Source: a virus. Taken from it: DNA of 64,000 bases. Below, one piece after another: positions 18,905-27,712 of this stretch. Positions within the stretch are counted from its first letter, which is position 1. Each line of letters starts with the position of its first letter. The stretch is taken from IMG/VR virus record IMGVR_UViG_3300043399_000509; one strand, 5' to 3'. Made by a program: the position numbers and the translations under genes. A model generated the notes under the pieces. That model had not been told where the DNA came from, did not search any database, and saw only the letters and a program-made list of their open reading frames with translations.

Positions 18905-19090
18905 TCAATCTTCCAGCCATCGTATATCTTCCTGTAGTTGAAATTCTACTGCGGAACGAACTTGTTCGCCCACCATTATATAGACAGGGCGTGGCACACC
19001 ACCACCTACTTGATCGGCAACTTCCTCACATACTACTTCTCCAAAAAAACCGTACAAAGTTGTATAAACCTTTTTTCTCACACTATTCAT
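18905..19090 (-). CDS. divergent QV-family protein
   Basis: MNSVRKKV...EVADQV...EQVRSAV. Confidence 0.7.
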   Translation of the reverse strand: MNSVRKKVYTTLYGFFGEVVCEEVADQVGGGVPRPVYIMVGEQVRSAVEFQLQEDIRWLED

Positions 19091-19295
19091 TGATTTGATC
19101 CCAAACTTCATCCCAGATTTGATCACCAACTTGATCATAGACTTGATCCCAGACATGAATAGTGACTCTATTCCCGATTTGATCCCAGACATGAAACCTG
19201 ACCTGATCCCTAACTTGAACCATGACTTGATCCCTAATTTGAACCTCGACCTGATACCTGACTTGATCATAGACTTGATCGAACACACTATTCAT
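19083..19295 (-). CDS. QV-repeat protein
   Basis: MNSVFDQVYDQV...QINE*. Confidence 0.8.
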   Translation of the reverse strand: MNSVFDQVYDQVRYQVEVQIRDQVMVQVRDQVRFHVWDQIGNRVTIHVWDQVYDQVGDQIWDEVWDQINE

Positions 19296-19452
19296 TGATT
19301 TGATTCCTGACTTGATGCCAGACTCGATGTACGATATGACCCCGGACATGATCACTGACCTGATTATCAACTTGAATACTGACTTGTTTCCAGAGTTGGT
19401 CTGTAACTTGAATCCAGTTTTCAGTTTGGATTTGTTCTCTCACACTATTCAT
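19288..19452 (-). CDS. QV-repeat protein
   Basis: MNSVREQI...QINE*. Confidence 0.8.
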   Translation of the reverse strand: MNSVREQIQTENWIQVTDQLWKQVSIQVDNQVSDHVRGHIVHRVWHQVRNQINE

Positions 19453-19621
19453 GTAACTGATTCCAGATGTGATTTCTGACTTGATTATTGACTTGATCTC
19501 GGACTTGACCCTTGACTTGAGTCCTGACTTGATCATAAATTTGAATACAGGCTTGATGTCTGGTTTGATTCCAAACTTGAATATAAGGTTGCTCCCAAAC
19601 TTGACCTTTCACACTATTCAT
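19445..19621 (-). CDS. QV-repeat protein
   Basis: MNSVKGQV...QLHE*. Confidence 0.8.
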   Translation of the reverse strand: MNSVKGQVWEQPYIQVWNQTRHQACIQIYDQVRTQVKGQVRDQVNNQVRNHIWNQLHE

Positions 19622-19847
19622 CAATTTGATTCCAAACTTTATCCCAAGCTTGATCCTCGACTTGATCATAAACTTGATCTTGGACTTGATATATAACTTG
19701 AATCTTAACTTGACTCCTAACTTGATTCTCGACTTTATCCCAGACTTGTTTACCAACTTGATTCTTGATTTGCATCTCAACTTGATCGTTGACTTGGCCG
19801 ACTGGAGTATATATTTGATTCCAAATTTGTTTTTTCACACTATTCAT
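19614..19847 (-). CDS. QV-repeat protein
   Basis: MNSVKKQIWNQ...QIDE*. Confidence 0.8.
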   Translation of the reverse strand: MNSVKKQIWNQIYTPVGQVNDQVEMQIKNQVGKQVWDKVENQVRSQVKIQVIYQVQDQVYDQVEDQAWDKVWNQIDE

Positions 19848-20035
19848 TTGATCTGATTCCATACTTCATCCCAAACTTGATTCCAGACTTGATTCTTGAC
19901 TTGATAACTGTTTTTATTTTCCCAACGCTGCATGATAACGGCTTGATCCCAAGCTTCATTACTTGTTTGATTTTTGACTTGATCCCTGACCTGAATATAG
20001 AGTTGAGACCCAATTTGTTTTGCCATACTATTCAT
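19844..20035 (-). CDS. QV-repeat protein
   Basis: MNSMAKQ...NQIK*. Confidence 0.8.
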   Translation of the reverse strand: MNSMAKQIGSQLYIQVRDQVKNQTSNEAWDQAVIMQRWENKNSYQVKNQVWNQVWDEVWNQIK

Positions 20036-20204
20036 CGATTTGTTCTTTGATTTGAACCATTGTTTTATGTCTAATTTGTTCCCAGAATGGATCACCAACT
20101 TTAATCCAGACTTGAGCCCTGACTTGAACCAAGATTTGATTCTCGACTTGATCCCAAACTTGATCGATGACTTGATACCTGACTTGATTTTTCACACTAT
20201 TCAT
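20028..20204 (-). CDS. QV-repeat protein
   Basis: MNSVKNQV...QIDE*. Confidence 0.8.
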   Translation of the reverse strand: MNSVKNQVRYQVIDQVWDQVENQILVQVRAQVWIKVGDPFWEQIRHKTMVQIKEQIDE

Positions 20205-20379
20205 CGATTTGATCCAAAATTTGAGCCGTAGTTTGATATCTGGCTTGTTCACAAAATTGATCACCGAATTGAGACCAGACTTGAGACCTGATTTGAATAC
20301 ATATTTCATGTCCGGTTTGATTGCAAACTTGAACAAAGATTTGATTCCAGATTTGTTTTCTCACACTATTCATAATCAT
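20197..20379 (-). CDS. QV-repeat protein, first of sub-array
   Basis: GGAGAT RBS; MIMNSVRKQ...QIDE*. Confidence 0.8.
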   Translation of the reverse strand: MIMNSVRKQIWNQIFVQVCNQTGHEICIQIRSQVWSQFGDQFCEQARYQTTAQILDQIDE

Positions 20380-20385
20380 ATCTCC

Positions 20386-20417
20386 ATAAAAGTAGAGGGG
20401 GTTTATGCCCCCTCTAC
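20386..20417 (-). terminator. intrinsic terminator-like hairpin between core gene and array
   Basis: GTAGAGGGGG/CCCCCTCTAC stem followed by TTTTAT on the minus strand. Confidence 0.65.
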
Positions 20418-20431
20418 CGGCACTCCCAAGA

Positions 20432-21304
20432 TTAGGTTCGGATTTCAGGTTTCAGGAAACTATCCTTATCAAACCCAAAAGTCCAAGCATTGGCATCCAG
20501 AGCAGTCTTCATATCAGGCGGAACAGGCAACGCAAACTCTCGACCCGTACCACACATAACACGCAGGAACTTCTCCTTACCAATCTCAGGAATTTCTACC
20601 TCAAGCAGTGTACCAATTTCAGGGTCTTCATCTTCATCAAGAACCTGAGCATCAAGGGCCTTGAGAATCTTGTTCCAACCAAGGATTTCACAGGCACAAC
20701 GACGCTGTTCAATGTTTTCCCAAGTTAGAGCAATCTCAGGATTCAACTTTTCCTTGTTCTCAATCCACTCGGCAGGAATGCGAGTACCGTGCCAAGCATA
20801 GACGCAGAAGCCATCACGGTAACGAATCGCTGGACCATCTTCACAGTGAAGTCGGTTCTGATCATCAAACTTGATGCGTTCTGGCCGATCCTGAAACACA
20901 ACCAGATCATCATAGACATTGAGCCAACCACAATGTTTGGCCAGTTCAATGAGACCATTCAACTTATTGCAGCATTCCAGACCGACCACATCACGGAAGT
21001 AGGCATAGAAGGCCAGCCAATAGGCATCGTGAGCACCATAAATCATTTCATTATAGATTTCACGCTTGGTTCGCTTTGGATCAATCTCCTGAATGATACG
21101 AATAGCATCCATAGGACCCTTGGCCGTGAGGAACTTTGTGGGTAGAGGCAAACCAACAAGTTCATATGCCATACACACAGCATCCTTGGCCTTTTCAAAA
21201 TCAACAGGTTCGGTGGATAGACCGATATCAATCCAAGTATCACGGTATTCACCAAACTTGGCCTTCTGTTCTTCAGTGAGTGCTTCAATCTTCTTAGTCG
21301 TCAT
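20432..21304 (-). CDS. DUF6745-like protein lacking an internal QV repeat region
   Basis: GLSTEP, YGAHDAYWLAFY, CGW, RLHCEDGPAIRYRDG..VYAWHG, NIEQRR, V.CGTGREFALPVPP...A..ANAWTFG; family assignment from recall. Confidence 0.75.
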   Translation of the reverse strand: MTTKKIEALTEEQKAKFGEYRDTWIDIGLSTEPVDFEKAKDAVCMAYELVGLPLPTKFLTAKGPMDAIRIIQEIDPKRTKREIYNEMIYGAHDAYWLAFYAYFRDVVGLECCNKLNGLIELAKHCGWLNVYDDLVVFQDRPERIKFDDQNRLHCEDGPAIRYRDGFCVYAWHGTRIPAEWIENKEKLNPEIALTWENIEQRRCACEILGWNKILKALDAQVLDEDEDPEIGTLLEVEIPEIGKEKFLRVMCGTGREFALPVPPDMKTALDANAWTFGFDKDSFLKPEIRT

Positions 21305-21339
21305 TGTATAAGTCCTCATTGGTTTCGCATTATGTTTCT

Positions 21340-21368
21340 ACTATAGCATAGGTAAAAAGGAAAGTCAA
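21340..21368 (-). promoter_or_regulatory. sigma70-type promoter of the core gene
   Basis: TTGACT-N17-TATAGT; nearly identical to the promoter at 26892-26920. Confidence 0.78.
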
Positions 21369-21377
21369 GCGTGATTT

Positions 21378-21563
21378 TTAGTCATAGATTTCATCTACAA
21401 GTCTATCTACAATTTTGTCGTGAACTTCAAAAATTTTATTTTCCAGTGGGCGTTCAATATCTCTCCACACAATATTATTAATCTTTATATCCACTTGAGA
21501 TTCAATTTTAGATGCAACTTCAGCATGACCTTTATGATATATTTGTCTATCAACAGATTTCAT
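21378..21563 (-). CDS. divergent QV-family protein
   Basis: MKSVDRQI...; 4-residue hydrophobic periodicity. Confidence 0.6.
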   Translation of the reverse strand: MKSVDRQIYHKGHAEVASKIESQVDIKINNIVWRDIERPLENKIFEVHDKIVDRLVDEIYD

Positions 21564-21733
21564 TTGGTTTCATCCCAGATTTGATCTTGGGTCAATCCGT
21601 TAACTTGAATAGCCATTTGACCCCAGACTTGATTCTGGCATTCAGCCTGAACTTGAAATGTGGTTTGATATTCAGTTTGATCGGTGACTTGAACCATAGG
21701 TTCACTTCTGATTTGTTTTCTCACACTATTCAT
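21560..21733 (-). CDS. QV-repeat protein (57 aa, not in ORF track)
   Basis: MNSVRKQIRSEPMVQV...DETK*. Confidence 0.78.
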   Translation of the reverse strand: MNSVRKQIRSEPMVQVTDQTEYQTTFQVQAECQNQVWGQMAIQVNGLTQDQIWDETK

Positions 21734-21903
21734 TTAGTTTCATCCCAGACTTGATTACTGACTTGAGTAATGGCTTGAGCCAAGTTTTGATCCCTGATTT
21801 GGTCCCATAATTGATCCCAGACTTGATCGCTGACTTTATCCCAAACTTGGTCACTGACTTGAATATAAACTTTATTCCAGATGTGTTTTCTCACACTATT
21901 CAT
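21730..21903 (-). CDS. QV-repeat protein
   Basis: MNSVRKHIWNKV...DETK*. Confidence 0.8.
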   Translation of the reverse strand: MNSVRKHIWNKVYIQVSDQVWDKVSDQVWDQLWDQIRDQNLAQAITQVSNQVWDETK

Positions 21904-22111
21904 TTTTGTATCCAACAACATCACAAATATCCTCAATAAGATCATAGGCATTTTCAATAACCCGATCACATTGGCCTATTGTTTCAGGGCAAGATATACG
22001 CTGATTCTCAATAAACTTTTCACAAACAACCCAAAGTTTTTTGAGCCGTTCTATATCAATCTCCTGATGTGCCATTCCATCCTCCGTCCTTATATACTTT
22101 ATTTCGCTCAC
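21896..22111 (-). CDS. hypothetical protein
   Basis: Ends YKNE*, overlapping the next MNSV start. Confidence 0.6.
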   Translation of the reverse strand: MSEIKYIRTEDGMAHQEIDIERLKKLWVVCEKFIENQRISCPETIGQCDRVIENAYDLIEDICDVVGYKNE

Positions 22112-22249
22112 AGGAAATCTTCATTAGTTCGTCTGCCAGAGCATCCAAGGCATTACGAACACAAAGTTCCATCTCTGTTATTTTTTCTGGCTTCAAATCC
22201 ATCCTACCGACGACACGACGAATGGCAAGTTCAACTACTTCAAAATCAT

Positions 22250-22435
22250 TCATTTGGTTTCATCCAAAAGTTGGTTACTGACTTGATTTCTGATTTGAAC
22301 CCAGACTTGATCACAGACTTGAACCCAGACTTGATCCATAACTTGTTCATAGATTTGATTACTGGCTTGATTATAGACTTGATCACAGACTTGATCCCGG
22401 ACTTGATCACAGACTTGTTTGCTCAAACTATTCAT
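22250..22435 (-). CDS. QV-repeat protein
   Basis: MNSLSKQVCDQVRDQV...DETK*. Confidence 0.8.
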   Translation of the reverse strand: MNSLSKQVCDQVRDQVCDQVYNQASNQIYEQVMDQVWVQVCDQVWVQIRNQVSNQLLDETK

Positions 22436-22703
22436 TTGACTTGATCCTGTTATACAAGCGTTTCAACTTATTCAACTCTGGGTGTTTATGTATCCACATA
22501 CCTGTATCTGTTTCAAACTTGGTTTGAAAAAACTTATCCAGTTTTGGATTGTCTGTTTTGATATCTGGTCTAATCTTACGAGACATTTCATCATATTTGG
22601 CATCACTGATTATAGAATCATTCTCAAACTCATATGAGTATGCCGCAACAGAAAGAATGATCCTGTTGCGGCGTTCTATCTCTATTTCGCTTCCCCAAGA
22701 CAT
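22428..22703 (-). CDS. small protein resembling NAD-dependent DNA ligase domain Ia
   Basis: AYSYE..NDSIISDAKYDEM. Confidence 0.65.
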   Translation of the reverse strand: MSWGSEIEIERRNRIILSVAAYSYEFENDSIISDAKYDEMSRKIRPDIKTDNPKLDKFFQTKFETDTGMWIHKHPELNKLKRLYNRIKSNE

Positions 22704-23439
22704 TAGAAGTCATCATCCAATGGTTTTGGTTCTACTGTTTCGCCCTTATATGATTCAGCAAGTGCCTTTTTTGCCATCTTCATATGATCGTCTCGCTGCC
22801 ACTGAACCTTATCGTGGGATAGTTCAACATAATCATTTGCGATGTAGCGAAGTGTTGCCCGAAGTCGTTCAATCTCATCATTGGCTGATTCAAGTTCCAT
22901 TTTTTTATCACAATATGCTTGCCACAGCATAAGTTGTGATTCTTGGGCAATATCTTCTATTGATTTGTTAGTCATTGTCCCATCCTTTCGGGGGAAGAAA
23001 TCCAACCAAGTTCTGTTATGCGTTCTTTTAGTTTTTCATTTTCAGCACGCAAGCGTTCAATCTCATCAATGGCATCATAGACACATTTTGCTTCTGTATA
23101 GGCACCCGTTATATCGCTGCACTCTGCGTATGCTTTCAGCCGTTCAACAACATCAGTCACTATAGACCTACCTACATTTGTGCCGGACATAATAAGATTC
23201 AATGGACCTTTTTTCATATCACACTTTCCTTTGAGCCGTAAGCCTCATTGATATTTGCTAATATATCATTGATTTGCTGCTTTGTCAAGCCCGTATATTT
23301 TTTACCATCATACCCATTTTTGTAAAGGGTGTATGTACCATAATCTTCCTTGATGATCAAAAAGTCCATCAAATAGATGGTACTTGAATGAAGTTCTTCA
23401 AAACGATCTCGGTCAATGATCATCATATTATTCAACATA

Positions 23440-23820
23440 TCACACTTTCCTTCCCAGGGATTCTACATCAGCACCATCGGTTATGTATTGGTAACTGCCC
23501 TTGTTGCAAATTGGGGCAATCTTTTTCTTCTTGCGTTCTGTCTCGGCAATCACTTCTTCACTTTCATTGCGACCAGACTTCCACTTGTAGTCATCAATAC
23601 TACGCTTGAAGCCATTACCAGGGATGCTGTTAGAAATAGGGGCAACATTTTTGTTCTCCACTTTTAATGATTGAAACTCAACACAAGACTTTTTGTTAGG
23701 TCCAGTATAGCCCACTGACCGTAGAAAAGCAAGATGTTTCTTTTGTGCTTCTGTTTGTACTTTAGTCTTAGGCTGCTTTTTTTTCTTGGGTGGGCGGTTG
23801 CTTACATAAAATATGGCCAT
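23440..23820 (-). CDS. conserved T4-like hypothetical protein
   Basis: IAP..NKG.YQYIT motif; promoter at 23853-23881. Confidence 0.7.
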   Translation of the reverse strand: MAIFYVSNRPPKKKKQPKTKVQTEAQKKHLAFLRSVGYTGPNKKSCVEFQSLKVENKNVAPISNSIPGNGFKRSIDDYKWKSGRNESEEVIAETERKKKKIAPICNKGSYQYITDGADVESLGRKV

Positions 23821-23965
23821 AACGGCACTCCCATTTTTGGGTCACTAAATTTATAGTACTACAATATACCGCAGAAGTCAAGCTCGTATGTTATATAAAT
23901 AACAATGTGGTTCACGAGATTGCCGTCTCCAACCACTCTAACACCTTACGAGGAGGTACCAGCAT

Positions 23966-24559
23966 ATGTCTATTTATACCCCATCATTAGAATATTATGT
24001 TTATGCTTATCTAGGAATAGATGGCAAGCCTTATTATATTGGCAAAGGTAAAGGTTATAGGGCTTGGAGCAAACATAAGAAAATTATAGTTCCCGAGGAC
24101 AGGAAAAGGATTGTCATTTGCGAATCTAATCTAACGGAAGTTGGTGCGTTTGCTTTGGAAAGAAGGCTTATTCGTTGGTATGGTAGAAAAAATAATGGCA
24201 CAGGAATATTGAGAAATATGACTGATGGTGGAGAGGGTTTATCTGGTTTAGTATTTACTGAAGAATTAAGAATAAAAATTAGTGAAAGAACATCTGGTGA
24301 AAACCATCATCTCTTTGGTAAGAAGCATAGCGAAGAAACAAAAGAGAAAATAAGACAATCCAGACTAGGTAAAAAACATAGCGAAGAATCTAAACAAAAA
24401 ATGAGTGAAGAAAGAAAAGGTATAAATAACCCCTTCTTTGGTAAGAAACATAGTGATGAAGTTAAACAAATAGTAAGTCTAACAAATAAGAACAAAGTTA
24501 GAACAGAAGAAACAAAAAGAAAAATCAGTATGACAAAAAAGGCTATGCGGCAATTTTAG
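23966..24559 (+). mobile_element. GIY-YIG homing endonuclease with NUMOD3 repeats
   Basis: YVYAY...YYIGKG..R, LRNMTDGGEG, GKKHSEE repeats; antisense orientation; TATAAATA at 23894-23901. Confidence 0.9.
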
Positions 24560-24956
24560 ATTGCTCTTGCAATATGCATTTCCAAGTTTGGGTTTTTTCA
24601 TCCCATCTATAATTCAACTGTATCCATTCTACAAGTTGCTTATTATTAAGATTTCTAAAATCATAATTATTATCTCTTTTTATATTGAGATAAAAGGAAA
24701 TACAGATGCCTAACAACTTCTGTTGGTCAAGTAACAAAAATCTATGGATGGCTTCATCCATAGATACAGCATTCGTGTTTTCCAATTCAAGTAGACCCCC
24801 AATGAGTTGTTGAGAATGTATTTATAATACTTACCCGTTATAGGTTCCTAATGAAATTGTGCCGATGTATTTCCACTCACCATCAATATATTGCTCAAGT
24901 ATCGTTCCACCAAAATAATCTGTGTTGATTCTTACTTCCATTTCTTTTGGCATATT

Positions 24957-25295
24957 TCATCTTTCAAACTTCTTTTTCAGCCGTTCGTATTCAGCCCGTT
25001 CTTTTTCTTCAGCAATTTTCTTATCTGCTTTTTTCTTGGACATTTCTTCATTCAGCATCTTCAATCTTTTATTATATTCCTTATCAGTCTCAATCCTATC
25101 ACCTAACAAATAAAGCCGTTCTACATCTTCATATCGTAATAGAATCATATCCAATCGTAAATTTTTATAACCGTTTTCAGTATAAATTTTGGAAAGATTT
25201 GATAACATTTCTATTGCTTCATTCAAAGCATAACTATGCAAGTCTATATGAATAAGTTGATCTGTCACATAAATTTTTTCTATTGTTTTCATCAT
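24957..25295 (-). CDS. hypothetical protein
   Basis: R.ETD.EY.KR...ERAEYERLKKKF. Confidence 0.65.
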   Translation of the reverse strand: MMKTIEKIYVTDQLIHIDLHSYALNEAIEMLSNLSKIYTENGYKNLRLDMILLRYEDVERLYLLGDRIETDKEYNKRLKMLNEEMSKKKADKKIAEEKERAEYERLKKKFER

Positions 25296-25425
25296 CTACA
25301 AATCTCACCCACAAACTTGTTGTCTTCACACACAAGACCATCTTCTATGTTATAGACTGAATATAGCATACAGCCGATAACAAGGCAAGAGATAATCGCC
25401 ATATAGATTGTGAAAAATTTCTGTG

Positions 25426-25773
25426 TCATGCCTTGAACCATACATCATTTGTATATGTGACTACATTTTCACTACCATCGTATTCTTCAATACGGAACAT
25501 TGTGCTTTCTGGCAACCATTCAATAGTAATTTGTTCAATACCCCCAACATATGTATCTGGGTATCGTTCTTCTGCCAGAGCATATAGATCACGTTCATTC
25601 ATACCATTCAATACTGCCTCAACAATCACAGGATCAAAAAGCATTTCTGGTTGTGCGGTATTCCAAGAATACCAACCAGCACCATATCCGGGTGAATAGA
25701 GCACTGCCACCATTCCGTCTTTACGATATTTGGGATACATTTTTGTCTCCTTAGTTGAAAGCATGTTTACCAT
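25426..25773 (-). CDS. conserved phage hypothetical protein
   Basis: VAVLYSPGYGAGWYSWN...FRIEEYDGSE. Confidence 0.75.
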   Translation of the reverse strand: MVNMLSTKETKMYPKYRKDGMVAVLYSPGYGAGWYSWNTAQPEMLFDPVIVEAVLNGMNERDLYALAEERYPDTYVGGIEQITIEWLPESTMFRIEEYDGSENVVTYTNDVWFKA

Positions 25774-26168
25774 TTGCTCTTTTCAAGTACAGCACTTCCA
25801 TCACAATAACCACACCGAACGGCTTTTGGTCCCGAAGATGCTTCAAAAAACATATCTTGTCTCCTTGGAACGTAACCATAGCCGTAACAGAACGGACATG
25901 ATACTTGATTGTCTTTGGGCACTCGTGGTGAACCTGAAAGTAGATAATGGCTGTTCGTCATATTGTTATCACCCGAAAGCATTGTAGTAGGAACTCTCAT
26001 CTTCATATTGTGAATACTTGTGATCTATCACAAGTCGTCCAGTGATTTCTTCAATCTCGGTTTGAAAATCCACAACAGTCATACGAGAACAATCACAGAT
26101 AGGCAAAGCACCATATGCAAGACGATATGTTTCAAGGTAAAGAGCCATCCAAAGATCACGCTTGCTGT

Positions 26169-26354
26169 TCATTTGATTTCCTCCCATACTTGAGCATAGA
26201 TTTGTCTCCAAACCTCATCATAAACCTCATCCACGATTTGAGACCTGACTTGATTATTGACTTGATTGTTGACTTGAGACCAGCCTTGAGCCCAGACTTG
26301 ATCCCTGACTTGTTCCATAACTTGGTCCCAGACTTGATTGCTCACACTATTCAT
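26169..26354 (-). CDS. QV-repeat protein (outlying copy)
   Basis: MNSVSNQVWDQV...EEIK*, with the same junction types as the array. Confidence 0.8.
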   Translation of the reverse strand: MNSVSNQVWDQVMEQVRDQVWAQGWSQVNNQVNNQVRSQIVDEVYDEVWRQIYAQVWEEIK

Positions 26355-26590
26355 TTTCAATATCCAGGTTATCATAGATTTGATCAAGTATCACACCGTG
26401 GAGATTATCATAGTCAATGGGTGATTCAAAGCACAAAGAAGTCCATAGATTAGCACTAACATATTTTATCAAATGATCAAATGTATCTTGTGTGGCTTTA
26501 TTAGAGACTTTACGATTCAGGCTTTTCATATCATCACCAAAAAAGAACAAAAGAGAGTGGGAATAATGACACTCCCACTCTCTACTTCCA

Positions 26591-26860
26591 TTAGGCTACC
26601 ATAGCAAGATCATAGTAGCTAATGGACTTCACGCTGTCAAGCCGGAACGAACGCCACTCGCTCTTGTCAAGGTCATAGGCTGCCACAACCTCTTCGTCGA
26701 TTTCACGAGTCTTCTTTGCGGAAGACTTCTTTGTCTTGGGCAGCATATCCTTGGCAAGTGTACAACGCATCGTTCGTTCTGTACCATCTGCCTTCTCAAA
26801 GGTTACCATAGCAATGGCAGACTTCAGGCCAGCAACAACTTCATCACGAATGAGTTCCAT
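26591..26860 (-). CDS. SH3/Sm-like (WYL_2-type) small protein, paralog of 14935..15186
   Basis: VTFEKADGTERTMRCTL...WRSFRLDS. Confidence 0.75.
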   Translation of the reverse strand: MELIRDEVVAGLKSAIAMVTFEKADGTERTMRCTLAKDMLPKTKKSSAKKTREIDEEVVAAYDLDKSEWRSFRLDSVKSISYYDLAMVA

Positions 26861-26930
26861 AGAGGTCTCCTTTATTACTCATTATGGTAGTATAATAGCA
26901 TAGGTAAAAAGCAAAGTCAAGCACTATTTT

Positions 26931-27209
26931 TTAGACAGGTTGCTTGTACGACTCATAGGAACGAATAGGTGAATGATTCTTTTGCTTTAGAGCTTTGATT
27001 GTATATTCAATGTTCTTGGCTTTGAGTGTATCAACAAGAAGTACCGCATCACAATCTTCTTCAAGGTATGCGGACTTACCACGCTGATATGAGCATTGAG
27101 AAATCTTATCGGCAATACCTAGATCAGCCAGAAGGGTAATCTTTACTGCTACCCAACCGTGACCAGCATCACTGTGATAGTTTAGAGTAAGCATTGTGTA
27201 GCTCCACAA
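26931..27209 (-). CDS. hypothetical protein
   Basis: SDAGHGW...YLEEDCD. Confidence 0.65.
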   Translation of the reverse strand: MWSYTMLTLNYHSDAGHGWVAVKITLLADLGIADKISQCSYQRGKSAYLEEDCDAVLLVDTLKAKNIEYTIKALKQKNHSPIRSYESYKQPV

Positions 27210-27712
27210 TCCAAGATTGAATGTACCGAATGGCCCCCAACCCGCCTTCGATCCGACCTATCCATTTGACCACTAACATAGGCTTTTGATGTGTAAGGTC
27301 TTGCCTTGATTACTTTATCGCAGATTATCTTTCTGCCACTGCCATAGATCACTGATATTATTGAATGTGGGTCCAAATCCATACTGGACATGTACACCAT
27401 CTATAGCAGAACGCCAACCACCAATAACACTAATACAGCAAATCTTTGTCATTTGGTTTACCCCATCAGGATTCGCTTGAGTTGAGCAATCGACATACCA
27501 GTCATACGAGACAACTGACCCAAAGTCAAGTTGGGATTGCTGTCATATAGATCACGAATCTTTTGAGCAGTCATATCTGTTCTCCTCATTACGCAACCAA
27601 TATAGCACGGTCAAATGGGGAAGTCAAATACTATTTTTGCATAGCTGCTATGCATTTTTTGATGGGTTGTATAGCGGTCATAAACACTGTTTATGATGGT
27701 TATGGCAGTCAT

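Larger units (their letters stand above)
15681..22435 (-). repeat. array of about 21 coupled QV-tetrapeptide-repeat genes (12-nt degenerate unit CAAGTCTGGGAT)
   Basis: Recurrent MNS(V/M/L) starts, NE*/DE*/TK* ends and overlapping ATGAATAG or ATGA junctions. Confidence 0.9.

Noticed and set aside
15681-22435. QV array as a CRISPR array or diversity-generating retroelement
   Set aside because: Repeats are degenerate, coding and in register, with no constant repeat and unique spacers. No cas or reverse transcriptase gene is in the window, and no adenine-specific template/variable pair is evident.
15627-22444. Alternative-frame ORFs (IKSGIKSG... on minus, PDLIPDL... on plus) over the QV array
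   Set aside because: They are a by-product of a 12-nt unit that lacks stops in those frames. They have no consistent starts or RBS, whereas the QV frame has conserved start/stop junctions.
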